Source of the DNA: Limisphaerales bacterium
GTDB taxonomy: Bacteria > Verrucomicrobiota > Verrucomicrobiia > Limisphaerales > SIBE01
Assembly (NCBI GenBank): GCA_044225505.1
Contig: JBGAIN010000020.1
Location: 1 to 64,000 of the forward strand
DNA length: 64,000 nt
Direction: 5' to 3'
Shown: positions 29,705 to 40,500 of the stretch, one piece after another
Position numbering within the stretch: the stretch's first letter is position 1
Layout: every line of letters begins with the position of its first letter
Program-made: the position numbers and the translations under genes
Notes under the pieces: model-generated
Seen by the model: the letters and a program-made list of their open reading frames with translations, nothing else
What the model was told of the DNA's origin: nothing
Databases searched by the model: none

Positions 29705-30253
29705 ATGATGCCGGGTGACATCGATTTATTTCAGGCGCTGATCGCGACTCCGTCCCTTCCCGAGCTCGGGCCCGGGCCAAGAGCGGGCGTCTTGGCAGAA
29801 GTCGAGTTGAATGTAAAGTTGGACGCTTTCTTTGCCACTCGTCGCTGGGCGTCAGATCGCCAGCCTTCCTTCCGGGCTGCGGCGCTGCTTTGGCATGATC
29901 ATTTAGATGCGTCACACGAGATCTCGCAAGGATTGGCCGGTGCCACGGGTAGTTTTCTGCACGGAATCATGCACCGTCGCGAGCCCGATTACGGCAATGC
30001 AAAATACTGGTTTCAACGTGTCGGACAGCACAGAGCGTTTCCAAATCTTGCCCGGAGCGCTGCAGAGTTACTGAGTCGGCAGGATACTACCCCAGCCTGC
30101 AAAGCAGCAATTCTCCCTGGCGGACGGTGGGACGCCCTGGCATTTATCGACTTCTGCGAAGAGTGCTCCGCTCAAGCTGAAACGCATCGAAGCTATATTT
30201 TGGCGCAGGAACTTCAGTTCCTCGAGTTTCAAGCGTTACTGCAGTTCCTCTAA
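29705..30253 (+). CDS. Conserved hypothetical protein
   Basis: LWHDHLDASHEISQ...HGIMHRREPDYGNAKYWF motif, a His-rich TPR-like pattern familiar from PVC genomes. Confidence 0.78.
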   Translation: MMPGDIDLFQALIATPSLPELGPGPRAGVLAEVELNVKLDAFFATRRWASDRQPSFRAAALLWHDHLDASHEISQGLAGATGSFLHGIMHRREPDYGNAKYWFQRVGQHRAFPNLARSAAELLSRQDTTPACKAAILPGGRWDALAFIDFCEECSAQAETHRSYILAQELQFLEFQALLQFL

Positions 30254-30293
30254 CTTATGGAGGATAAACCTGAGTGGCGACGACAGCCTCGGG

Positions 30294-31706
30294 TCACTTA
30301 GAATCAGACCCGCTCAGCATTGCCAAGCAGTAAAGAGATTCCCTGCCTCTCAGGAAAAGCTGCTTGCCAGCAATCGCAGGAGAGGCATCAAAGCGGTCTT
30401 CAAGCTTGTTTTTCGCTAGCACCTCCAGTTTATCGGCTTTCCTGATGACGATCGATCCTCCGTCGCGCCCGACAATATAGACTCGACCGGCGGCTCCGAC
30501 TGGGGACGCATAGATGCCACGAGCGCCCTCGAGGCGCTCGGCCGCGGTTAGCGGTTGGCCTGACTTCGCGTCCAGTACGGTTAATGTGACTTCATTGCCT
30601 TTGAAGAAATAGAGACGGTCGTCGTAGAGAAGAGGCGAGGGGACGTAAGGCGTATCCTTGTGATACGTCCAGGCGATCGACTCCGATCCGGTCAAGTCAC
30701 CGCTACCTTTTGGTTTAATTGCGAATAACGCTGCGCCTCGGAAGCCACTCATGCAATAGATCAATCCGTTGCCAGCGACGGCAGTGGGGATCGCGTTCGC
30801 CGTTAGTGGCCCGACAGCCCATAATTCCTTGCCGCTATTCAGGTCATAGCTCCGAATCTTGGAACTAGCGTTGACCACCACTTGTGTAACTCCTCCTTGC
30901 TGAATGATCAATGGAGTTGACCAGGACGTTTGCTCGTCCCGAGGCTGTCGCCAAAGCTCTGTGCCGGTCGTCTTATCAAAAGCCGCGATGAAATCCTCGC
31001 CTTCATGATCCCAGTTGACGGCAAGAATATTTCCAAATAGGGCGGGCGAACTACCCTCTCCAAACGAGTTCTTGGTGCGCATTTTACCGAGCTCTTTCCG
31101 CCATTTAACATTCCCCATGTGGTCAAGCGCGTACAAGCCGCGAGAGCCGAAATACGCAAAAATCGATTCAGAATCGGCGATGGGCGACGCCGAGGCAAAA
31201 GTCCCGTCGCTTGGATGATGCCCTTCATGGGGGACTTCTTCTTTCAACGTCCTTTGCCAAGCTAGTTTTCCCGTAGTTCGATCGATGGCTAGGACTGCGA
31301 ACTGGTAGGGTTCCTTCGGAGGTCCACCGCCGCCAAATCCACCGGGTCCGCCTGGCCCACGGCGGGGCGGGGCGCCTGTGGAGGGGGGGGCTTGTTGTCC
31401 GAAAAACTGCGGCGCGACGTCTAATCGGGCTTCCGACTTCTTTTCGGCCGGAAAAGCCACCTGGACGATGACGAGGTTGTCCCAAACGACGGGCGTTCCT
31501 GAACCTTCGCCCGGAAGTTTGAACTTCCACTGAACATTCTTCGTCTCGCTCCATTCCGTGGGAGGATCCGCCTTGGGGGCGACTCCATTTTGCAGTGGAC
31601 CTCGCCATTGACTCCAATTTTCATCGGTGGGAGCGCCTACAAGAGTTGCGATGGTGAAAGCCGCGACGAGCGCGCCCAACGGCCACAACTCTCGTTTCCT
31701 CGACAT
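30294..31706 (-). CDS. PQQ-binding-like beta-propeller protein (BamB-like family)
   Basis: Signal peptide; WSQWRGP, repeated TGxxLW Trp-docking motifs, YVPSP and ASPAIA. Confidence 0.88.
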   Translation of the reverse strand: MSRKRELWPLGALVAAFTIATLVGAPTDENWSQWRGPLQNGVAPKADPPTEWSETKNVQWKFKLPGEGSGTPVVWDNLVIVQVAFPAEKKSEARLDVAPQFFGQQAPPSTGAPPRRGPGGPGGFGGGGPPKEPYQFAVLAIDRTTGKLAWQRTLKEEVPHEGHHPSDGTFASASPIADSESIFAYFGSRGLYALDHMGNVKWRKELGKMRTKNSFGEGSSPALFGNILAVNWDHEGEDFIAAFDKTTGTELWRQPRDEQTSWSTPLIIQQGGVTQVVVNASSKIRSYDLNSGKELWAVGPLTANAIPTAVAGNGLIYCMSGFRGAALFAIKPKGSGDLTGSESIAWTYHKDTPYVPSPLLYDDRLYFFKGNEVTLTVLDAKSGQPLTAAERLEGARGIYASPVGAAGRVYIVGRDGGSIVIRKADKLEVLAKNKLEDRFDASPAIAGKQLFLRGRESLYCLAMLSGSDSK

Positions 31707-31839
31707 GTTTCCCTGGTCCATAGACAGTGTGTTCGTCAGAGTTCGCGGCAAAAAAATGTGCGTCTGAATTTCCTCCCTTGATGACAATGGATGGCAGAAA
31801 CGGTTACAGGGTAAAGCGCGGGTTTCTCACTCTAATGAA

Positions 31840-33363
31840 TTAGCGGCGATTGGCGCGAAGTATCGCCTCAGTCAATCCGTCCATGGTATGCGGGTTGGCT
31901 TCGACACTCGGTTTGATCCCCAGTCGAATTAGCGTTTTGCTCGTCTCCGGCCCAATCGATGCAATCCTGGTTTTTGGATGTCTTTTCAGCAGTTCGGCAA
32001 GGCTTAGCTGGAGGTTGAAGTTTTCGGCGGTTGATCCGCTAGTAAAGGTAATCCAATCTGCTCCAGTTTCGAGTAGCTTCTTCATGGCGCCGGTTTCGTC
32101 AATATCAGGCACAGTGCGGTAGCACGCCACATCGTCGACAATCGCGCCGAGTTTTTCGAGAGCCTGCGGTAGTTCAGGGTTTCCGACCTCCGCTCGCATG
32201 AGCAATATTCGGAGGTTTTCAATGCTTTGGAATTTCTTAAACGCACTGGCGATCTTGGCTCCCAGGGCCTCCTCCGGCATGAGATCGACCTTCAGGTGCA
32301 GTTCCCGAAGTTTTGCAGCCGTGCCTGGACCGACGGCCGCAATCCGGACCCCTCCAATATCCCGAAGATCGTCAAAACCTTTGAGAAAGTAGTCAAAGAA
32401 CGTCGTAACTCCGGTTGGGCTGGTAAATACGATCCAGTCGTATTCGTGCAATCCGATGAGAGCATCTTTAAGGTCCTCCTTGTTGTCCGGAGGAACAAAC
32501 TTGATTGTCGGAATCTCCAGCACATCGGCCCCTTGTTCCGTTAGTAATCGGCTGAGGGGAGCACTTTGTTCGCGTGCCCGCGTCACGACCACTTTCTGGC
32601 CAAAAAGGGGACGATTCTCAAACCAGTTCAAGCGTCGCCGCAGTTGAACCACCTCACCTATCACTGTCACCGTCGGTGCACCAAAGTTAACTTTTTCGGC
32701 AGTGTCCGCGATGTCTGCCAAAGTCCCATCGATGGTTTGCTGGTGGCCTGTAGTACCCCAGCGAATCATGGCCACGGGAGTCTTAGGATTCATCCCCAGA
32801 TCCACCAGCTTGGCCGCGATCTCTCGGATGTGCCTGAGTCCCATCATAATTACTTTGGTTCCTGGTGCGGATGCCACCTGCGCCCAATTGATCAGGCTCT
32901 CACTTTTGTCGGGGTCTTCGTGTCCGGTGATTACCGAAAAGCTCGAGGAATGCTCGCGATGAGTGAGCGGTATTCCAGCATAGTTTGGAACGGCGGACAT
33001 TGACGACACCCCAGGCACGACTTCAAACGGCACGCCAGCCGCCGCTAGTTCCTCAGCCTCTTCGCCGCCACGGCCGAATATATAAGGGTCGCCACCCTTC
33101 AGTCGCACAACCGTTCTTCCTTCTTTAGCCTTCTGAATCAATAACTGATTGAGCTCGTTTTGCGAAACCGGTGAGTGCCCCGATCGTTTTCCCCCGAAGA
33201 TAATCTCAGCGGAGGGTGGGGCGAGGCGAAGAAGTTCGCCGTTGACCAAGCCGTCGTAAATGACTACGTCTGCGCGTCGAAGTAATTCAGACCCGCGTAC
33301 GGTCAGCAACCCGGCGTCACCCGGACCAGCACCAACCAAATAGACTGTCCCTTTTGATTTCAC
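31840..33363 (-). CDS. cobA: Uroporphyrinogen-III C-methyltransferase / uroporphyrinogen-III synthase fusion (CobA-HemD)
   Basis: VYLVGAGPGD, RLKGGDPYIFGRGGEE; HemD half with VVVTRA, FTS and IGPETS. Confidence 0.95.
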   Translation of the reverse strand: MKSKGTVYLVGAGPGDAGLLTVRGSELLRRADVVIYDGLVNGELLRLAPPSAEIIFGGKRSGHSPVSQNELNQLLIQKAKEGRTVVRLKGGDPYIFGRGGEEAEELAAAGVPFEVVPGVSSMSAVPNYAGIPLTHREHSSSFSVITGHEDPDKSESLINWAQVASAPGTKVIMMGLRHIREIAAKLVDLGMNPKTPVAMIRWGTTGHQQTIDGTLADIADTAEKVNFGAPTVTVIGEVVQLRRRLNWFENRPLFGQKVVVTRAREQSAPLSRLLTEQGADVLEIPTIKFVPPDNKEDLKDALIGLHEYDWIVFTSPTGVTTFFDYFLKGFDDLRDIGGVRIAAVGPGTAAKLRELHLKVDLMPEEALGAKIASAFKKFQSIENLRILLMRAEVGNPELPQALEKLGAIVDDVACYRTVPDIDETGAMKKLLETGADWITFTSGSTAENFNLQLSLAELLKRHPKTRIASIGPETSKTLIRLGIKPSVEANPHTMDGLTEAILRANRR

Positions 33364-33671
33364 AGCCCAGCCATTCTACGGAGAACGTGAATCCATCGCA
33401 ACCCAGCAAAGGCTAAGCACCATGGGTCCCACTCGATTGAAGCCGAGATCCCTTGACGAATCCGGGCATGTGCGCGCCTGGTCCATCTGGTGAGCCCGTG
33501 ACTGACTGCTTGCTCAAACCTTGGGAATGAGGCTTGCGCAGTGAAGAGCGAAGGCCGCCCCGACAGTCTGGTTGGTTGTAAGTCGTTTGTTATGGGCTCC
33601 TTGACCATTGTGCGACCGTCGGCCTGGATCGGTGAAACTTGACCTGGGTCATGATCTATCCAGTTTGGTTC

Positions 33672-33700
33672 TTGCAACTTAGTCTCAACTACCCTACTTT
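33672..33700 (+). promoter_or_regulatory. feo promoter (TTGCAA-N17-TACTTT) overlapped by an imperfect palindrome, probable iron-repressor box
   Basis: TTGCAACT-T-AGTCTCAA (33672-33688; 6 of 8 arm positions complementary) covers the -35; -10 at 33695-33700, 13 nt upstream of the feoA ATG. Confidence 0.6.
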
Positions 33701-33713
33701 CGCCGCCAGTTAT

Positions 33714-34010
33714 ATGAGTCGCCGAACCACCCCTTCGGAAATTGCGCCTCCCCCGGGTTGTCGACATCCGACGGTGTGCCCATTGAGTCAAATCCGTGCT
33801 GGAATGGCCGTTCGTATCAAACAGCTTGCTGCGCCTCCCGAAGTCAGCCACCGCCTTCGTGAGTTAGGATTCTGCGAGGATCAGGCGATTCGCCTCCTTA
33901 GTCAGCAGGCCAATGTGATCTGTCAGGTCTGCAATGTTCGGCTTGGCATTAGTGCGCAGCTGGCGGAAACCATCCTGGTGGAGCCCATCTCGGCGCCTAC
34001 GGCTCGATGA
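33714..34010 (+). CDS. feoA: FeoA family protein (Cys-rich)
   Basis: PLSQI...HRLRELGF...RLGISAQLAETILV; first gene of the feo operon. Confidence 0.85.
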   Translation: MSRRTTPSEIAPPPGCRHPTVCPLSQIRAGMAVRIKQLAAPPEVSHRLRELGFCEDQAIRLLSQQANVICQVCNVRLGISAQLAETILVEPISAPTAR

Positions 34011-34252
34011 CCAATCCCCCGTCGCAGCCTTTGAGCAATTTGACCGTTGGCACGACGGCGATCGTCACGGAGATCAAGGTTTCTCCCGAAAAGCGGGCTC
34101 GACTTATGGAGATGGGACTGCTCATGGGAACTCGGGTCGAGTTGATTCGGTTTGCGCCATTGGGCGATCCTGTTGAGATCAAAATTCGCGGGTATCATTT
34201 AACTCTTAGAAAGCACGAAGCGGAACAGATTTGGGTGCGGTGCTCACCTTAA
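34007..34252 (+). CDS. feoA: FeoA family protein
   Basis: RLMEMGL...APLGDPVEIKIRGYHLTLRKHEAEQI. Confidence 0.93.
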   Translation: MTNPPSQPLSNLTVGTTAIVTEIKVSPEKRARLMEMGLLMGTRVELIRFAPLGDPVEIKIRGYHLTLRKHEAEQIWVRCSP

Positions 34253-34271
34253 GATTAGGAGCAGACCAGGC

Positions 34272-36533
34272 ATGCCTACGGCTGCGGAGAAAGCGTCCCC
34301 TGCGAATGACTCAAGCTCGCGTTTTGTCGTACTGACGGGCAATCCGAACTGCGGAAAAACGACCCTGTTCAACGCGTTGACGGGGCTGCGCGCAAAGGTG
34401 GGAAACTACGCCGGTGTTACGGTCGAGCGTAAAGAGGGGCGAATGCAAGGGAGTGATCGGGACCATCCGGTAACCATGCTCGATCTGCCTGGCACTTATA
34501 GTCTTAGTCCGCAATCCATGGACGAGCAGATATCGCGCGATGCACTCTTTCATCGCTTGCCGGAGTTGCCTCCTCCTAGCTTGGTTGTAGTCGTCCTGGA
34601 TGCCTCGAATCTTGAGCGCAACCTCTATTATGCGACGCAAGTAATCGAGTTGGGCTACCCAACCTTGCTAGCATTGAACATGGTCGATGTTGCCGTCGAA
34701 AATGGGCATGAGGTCGATGGCGCGGCGCTGGCCGGTCACGTGGGGGTGCCGGTGATTCCTTTGGTGGCGAGTCGAGGCGAGGGGTTGGCGCAGTTGCGTG
34801 AAGCGATTCTCCAACATTGTAATAGCCGCCGATCGACTGACGTCCCTCGTCGCTTCTGTGATCTGTCGGCCAAGATGATCGAGGAGGTTGGGGAGGTGGC
34901 GGCGCTTCTGGCAAAGGGGCGGGGCAGCGAAGCGGGGCTGCGGTGGGCGGAAGCGCTGCTACTGCTCACCGATGAGCGGATTCTACTGCGTGGGAAGGCG
35001 TATTATGGGGAGGGTATCGAGGCGGCAGTTGTTGCGGCGCGGCAACGTCTGGAAGCGGCCGGAGAAGACTGGCGTAGTGGGGCAATTGAGTCCCGGTATG
35101 CGAAGATTGCCTCTATTTGCCACGAAGTCGTGCAGGAGACGTTTGTCTACAAGGAGACGTTCAGCGATAAACTGGACCGTATCCTGACGCACAAGTTAGC
35201 GGGGATGCTTATCTTCGTGGCGGTTATGGCTTTGATGTTTCAAAGCATCTTCAGCTTTGCTCGTCTGCCGATGGATGCGATCCAATCGGGCGTCGATTGG
35301 TTTGGGGGGTGGGTGGGGGACAGAATTCCGCCTGGAGACTTGAACAGTCTGTTAGTCAAAGGTGTGATCGCTGGAGTTGGAGCGGTGATCATTTTCCTCC
35401 CTCAGATCTTGCTGTTGTTCTTATTCATCGGCTTGCTTGAGGACACTGGATACATGGCGAGGGCAGCATTCTTGATGGATCGCGTCATGAGCAAGGTCGG
35501 GTTACATGGCAAGAGCTTTATTCCGATGTTAAGTTCGTTTGCCTGTGCAATTCCAGGGATTATGGCAACACGCACCATCGAGAGTCCGAAGGATCGCTTG
35601 GTGACGATTTTGGTGGCTCCGCTGATGAGTTGCTCGGCCCGGTTGCCGGTGTACACTCTTCTAATCGCGGCCTGTATTCCAGATTGGCGGGTCTTCGGTT
35701 TCTGGAGGTTGCAGGGGCTCACCATGCTGGGAATGTATCTGTTAGGGATAACGGTAGCGCTCTTGATGGCATGGCTATTCAAGAAGACGCTTTTGAAGAG
35801 CGAAACCCCTCTCCTGATCATGGAGTTGCCTCCTTACAAGCGCCCCGTCGCTCGGGTGGTGCTTCGCCAAATGTGGGAACGTTCTAAATTATTTCTCCGC
35901 CGTGCGGGAACTGTGATTCTTGGGATTAGCATCTTGCTCTGGTTCCTGGCGACGTATCCGCGCAGTTCTACCATTAAAGAGGAGTATGCAGCGAGACGTC
36001 GTTCAGTCGAGTTGGCGGCGCCCGATGGATCGGCGTCGTTGGAACAGCAGTCTATCCGGGCCCAGAAGATTGCCCAACTTGAGAAAGAGGAGCAGGGAGC
36101 GAAGCTTCGGCAGAGTTTTGCGGGGCGAGTCGGGAGGTTGCTTGAGCCTGTCATCGTGCCGCTGGGATTTGACTGGAAGATCGGGATTGGCATTGTGGCG
36201 TCGTTTGCGGCTCGCGAGGTTTTTGTGAGTACGATGTCGACGGTCTATAATGTGGGAGAGCTCGACGAGTCTCAGGAGAATACGCGCAGCTTGGCACAAA
36301 CCCTACGGGAGCAGAGGCGAAGCGACGGATCGCCGCTGTTTACGCCTTTGACCGGGCTGACCCTGATGGTTTTTTACGTCTTTGCACTGCAATGTGTTAG
36401 CACTGTTGCAATTGTTCGGCGGGAAACAAACTCGTGGAAATGGCCCGTCTTTCAATGGGCCTATATGGGTGCCTTGGCTTGGGGGCTCGCCTTTTTAACA
36501 TACCAAGGTGGTCGACTGCTCGGTTTTCACTGA
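34272..36533 (+). CDS. feoB: Ferrous iron transport protein B
   Basis: GNPNCGKT, GNYAGVTV, DLPG, NMVD; membrane motifs EDTGYMAR, MSCSARLP and MELPPY. Confidence 0.97.
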   Translation: MPTAAEKASPANDSSSRFVVLTGNPNCGKTTLFNALTGLRAKVGNYAGVTVERKEGRMQGSDRDHPVTMLDLPGTYSLSPQSMDEQISRDALFHRLPELPPPSLVVVVLDASNLERNLYYATQVIELGYPTLLALNMVDVAVENGHEVDGAALAGHVGVPVIPLVASRGEGLAQLREAILQHCNSRRSTDVPRRFCDLSAKMIEEVGEVAALLAKGRGSEAGLRWAEALLLLTDERILLRGKAYYGEGIEAAVVAARQRLEAAGEDWRSGAIESRYAKIASICHEVVQETFVYKETFSDKLDRILTHKLAGMLIFVAVMALMFQSIFSFARLPMDAIQSGVDWFGGWVGDRIPPGDLNSLLVKGVIAGVGAVIIFLPQILLLFLFIGLLEDTGYMARAAFLMDRVMSKVGLHGKSFIPMLSSFACAIPGIMATRTIESPKDRLVTILVAPLMSCSARLPVYTLLIAACIPDWRVFGFWRLQGLTMLGMYLLGITVALLMAWLFKKTLLKSETPLLIMELPPYKRPVARVVLRQMWERSKLFLRRAGTVILGISILLWFLATYPRSSTIKEEYAARRRSVELAAPDGSASLEQQSIRAQKIAQLEKEEQGAKLRQSFAGRVGRLLEPVIVPLGFDWKIGIGIVASFAAREVFVSTMSTVYNVGELDESQENTRSLAQTLREQRRSDGSPLFTPLTGLTLMVFYVFALQCVSTVAIVRRETNSWKWPVFQWAYMGALAWGLAFLTYQGGRLLGFH

Positions 36534-36675
36534 TTTGCTTTCCATTTCCTTCCGGATTTCTATCCGATGAGAGACTCCTTCGGCTGCATGTTCCTGTTCA
36601 GAAGAAACAAAATCTCGCTTCGCGGCGAGGATTTATACAAATTGTCGCGACTTCGGTGTCTGTTGAGTAGAAACG

Positions 36676-37233
36676 GTGAAAGATCAGCCCACAAAAGCCG
36701 GTGCTTGGTGTGAGCGCTTGTACGAATCTAACGCGCGCCAGTTGATTCTGTACGGGCGCGCGCTAGGCCTAAGCCATAGCGAGGCGGAAGACGTTTTACA
36801 GGACACGTTTGAAGCTCTCCTGCAACGTGGAACTCCACCTGAAAGGCCTGAGCATTACTGTTTGCGAACATTTCGTAATCGGGCTTTCAATTATCGGCGA
36901 AGTCTCTGGCGCCGGGTGATGCGTGAGTTGGAATCGGACCGTTGGTTTGAACGGAGCGATACGGAGACACCTCAAGAACGGGCGGCCATGCGGTCGCTCG
37001 CCGAGCTGCCAGCCGAACAGCGCGAAGTTATCGTCTTGAAGGTTTGGCACCAATACACTTTTGAAGAAATAGGTGGACTTTTGGAGATCTCGCCCCACAC
37101 CGCGGCCGGGCGATATCGATATGGCCTGCAGAAATTGCGGGCTTTGATCGGAGAGGAAGACTATGAACAATTCGAATCCGGTGGAGCAACAGTTGCGTTC
37201 TTGGACGCCACGCGTGCCATCCCGTCGACTTAA
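36676..37233 (+). CDS. ECF-type RNA polymerase sigma-70 factor
   Basis: AEDVLQDTF (region 2); LAELPAEQREVIVL...TFEEIG...TAAGRYRYG (region 4). Confidence 0.92.
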   Translation: MKDQPTKAGAWCERLYESNARQLILYGRALGLSHSEAEDVLQDTFEALLQRGTPPERPEHYCLRTFRNRAFNYRRSLWRRVMRELESDRWFERSDTETPQERAAMRSLAELPAEQREVIVLKVWHQYTFEEIGGLLEISPHTAAGRYRYGLQKLRALIGEEDYEQFESGGATVAFLDATRAIPST

Positions 37234-37570
37234 AGCACGCCTATTTGGAAATGGAGAAATGGTGACTTTGGAGCCGCCCAGTCCCTTTAGCGGACGCTGG
37301 ACTTGGTTGGCGCCAGTGACGGGTTGTTTTCTCGCATTAATGGTTGTGTCGAGCGGAAAGAATAATCAGCTCGGGTATTACTCGGACAGTCGAACGACCA
37401 ACTGGGCGGCGGCGGCGGCCAGCAATCAGAGCTATGCGGCTTACATTATGGCAAGCTTTCATAGCGAACAAAACGCCTTGCAGAACGAGCCAATCGAATG
37501 GACGAACGGCACTTCTTTGCCTGCATCGCCAGCGGTCCTATCGTTCGCAACCAATAATTTGATCCGATAA
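37163..37570 (+). CDS. Probable anti-sigma factor (single TM)
   Basis: Overlaps the sigma 3' end; VEQQLRSWTPRVPSRRLKARLF, then one TM helix and a short exported tail. Confidence 0.65.
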   Translation: MNNSNPVEQQLRSWTPRVPSRRLKARLFGNGEMVTLEPPSPFSGRWTWLAPVTGCFLALMVVSSGKNNQLGYYSDSRTTNWAAAAASNQSYAAYIMASFHSEQNALQNEPIEWTNGTSLPASPAVLSFATNNLIR

Positions 37571-37580
37571 CAAGTTTCTG

Positions 37581-40500
37581 ATGAGTATCGATAAGTCTAA
37601 GCAGGGCAGCTTTAAGGTTTCGCCCGCACCAAATCCCGGGCCGACGCCCGTTTTGTTCCGCAGAGTGGATTGGATCACCTTTGCCGCCACCACCCTCCTG
37701 GTTTTCATCGGTTACTACTTCAGCCTTGCCCCAGACCTTGGATTGGAGGACTCGGGCGAGCTTGCTGTCGGATCGTTTTATGCAGGCGTTCCACATCCGC
37801 CAGGTTATCCAGTTTGGACGCTCTACACTTGGCTATTTGCCCAAATCCCATTTTCAAACGTCGCTTGGCGAGTTGCGCTCTCCTCCGCGGTTGCAGGTGC
37901 GTTAGCCTGCGGGTTGTTAGCGTTGATGGTTTCTCGTGGAAGCAGTCTTTTGCTGGAGGGAATGGCTGATTTCAAGGGACTGGAGAGGCGATTGGAAGAG
38001 GCGATTTGTTTAGTGTCTGGTTTTGTGGCGGGAGCGCTGCTTGGATTTAACGGAATTGCTTGGAGCCAGGCGGTCATTGTCGAGGTCTACACATTCAGCG
38101 TCCTCTCCTATATGGCGGTGCTCGTCTGCCTGTTTCGATGGATCTACGCTCCCGAACAGCGCAAGTATCTTTACTGGACATTCTTCTGGTTCGGCATCTG
38201 TTTTACTAATCACCAAACTTTGATCGTGGCGGCGATCGGCCTTGAGGTGGCCGTCTTGGCGGCTTACCCGAAGCTTGGCCGGGACATGTTCATTGGCAAT
38301 AGCCTCGTATATCTAGTTGGTTTAGCCGCAAAGGCGACGGGGATGTTGACCGCATTTGACCAGAATGGGCCTTTGTTCCTGGTTTATAATCTGGTGGGAA
38401 TTGGGTCGATTGCGGTCGCGGGCTACATGCTCTCGACAGTGGGGCCGCCGAGAGTCGAGTTGAAGAAAGGGGTAATTCCCTGGTCCCGTGAGTGGACGCC
38501 AGTGGCCATTTGTTTGGGATTATGGGTTTTAGGAGCTGCGTTTTACTTTTACATGCCTCTGGCTTCGATGACGAATCCACCTATGAATTGGGGATATCCA
38601 CGGACGAAAGAGGGATTTGTTCATGCGCTGACCCGCGGCCAGTACGATAAGACCAATCCGACGGACAGTGTCTTCAAGCTGTTCAGTCAGATCGCCATGT
38701 ATCACGAAGTGGCCATCGACGAGTTTAGCTTGGTCTACCTGTTGATTGGGATCGTGCCGTTCTTATTTTGGGGCCGGATGCAAAAGCGCGAGCGCGCATG
38801 GTTGATTGGCCTTATTTCGATGTACTTGTTGTTAAGTTTTCTCTTACTCATTCTCCTGAACCCTAGCGTCGACAAGCAAAGCCGAGATCAAACCCGGGTT
38901 TTCTTTATTCCGGCACATATCGTTCTGGCACTGTTGATCGGGTATGGTGTAACCTTGATCTCCGGAGTCGCCGCAGTCACATATCCGCGGGATCGGTCGT
39001 GGCTTTTGTGGGGGGGGACGGTTCTTACAGCGCTGCAATTATACCTCACGTTACGGACCTTCGAAAACACACTCTTCCCACTGCTCCGTGCTGCCGAGGT
39101 CGTCTGTCTGACAACAACGGCTTGCTTTACCCTGATTGTCGTGGTGTTCCGCACCAAAGCGCCAGTTTGGGTGCTGATCGCCTTGTTTGCCATAGCCCCC
39201 GTCCGGTCGGCACTTTCCAATTGGTCGGACGCAGAGCAGCGAGGCCACTTATTCGGCTACTGGTTTGGCCATGATATGTTCACCCCGCCCTTCGGGATCT
39301 ACCCCGAAATGACCCGGAACGCGATCCTCTTTGGAGGGACCGATCCCGGTCGATTCTGTCCGACCTACATGATCTTTTGTGAGAGTTTTATTCCTCCTCG
39401 CTGTAAGCCGCTCGATCCGAAGTTTGATCGGCGCGATGTTTACATTATCACGCAAAACGCGTTGGCCGATCACACCTACTTGAATTACATCAGGGCGCAC
39501 TACAATCGGAGTACAGAAGTAGACCCATACTTCTTTTCTGAACTGTTCCGCAGTGAGAAAGCGGTTCAGGAAGCGCGAACGAACTTGATTTCCTCATTGT
39601 TGCTGCCGTTTGACCGGCTTTTTACTGGAATCGGAGCCAGAATCGAACAACGCCGACGGGCCAACGGAGTCTATCCGCCGCAGGAAATCCACACTCCAAG
39701 CCCGGAAGAATCCCAGATTGCGTTTCAGGAGTATATCGTGGATGCACAACGCCGTCTGCAGTTGAATCAGCTGAAGCCGGGGGAAGACGTCAAAATTGTG
39801 GATCAACGCGTCCAGGTGGCTGGGCAGACTGCGGTAATGGCGATCAACGGACTGCTTACGAAAGTCATTTTCGATCAGAACCCGACCAACGAGTTCTTTG
39901 TGGAAGAGAGCTTTCCGTTGGATTGGATGTTCCCGTATCTCACGCCTTTCGGGATCATCATGAAGATTAATCGTCAACAAGTGCCGGCGATCACGGAAGA
40001 AATGATGCAAAAAGACCATCAGTTCTGGAGTGCTTATTCCGACCGATTAATCGGCAATTGGATTACTTACGATACGCCCTTGAAGGACATCTGTGCGTTC
40101 GCGGAGCGCGTCTATCTTCGCCGTGATTTTACTGGATTCAAGGGAGATCCCAAGTTTGTTCGTGATGGTGTGGCACAGAAGAGTTTTTCCAAATTGCGTA
40201 GCGCGATCGGTGGGCTTTATGCCTGGCGGCTAAGTCAAGAATGTCCCGCAGAGCTTCGCCCGAAATCGGCGGCCGAGCAGCAGCGCATTCTGAAGGAGAC
40301 AGAATTCGCCTTGAGGCAGGCGTTCGCATATTGCCCATACAGTCCCGAAGCTGTGTATAAGCTGATGAACATGCTAATGGGAAGTGGTCGGTTGGATGAG
40401 GCGATCATGGTGACGGAAACGAGTCTGAAATTTGATCCGAGCAATTCTGTTTTCCAAAATCTGGTGATGCAACTTCGCTCCATGCGGCCGGGACAGGGGC

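Noticed and set aside
33360..33851. 163-aa minus-strand ORF upstream of cobA
   Set aside because: Overlaps feoA and its promoter on the opposite strand; no motifs.
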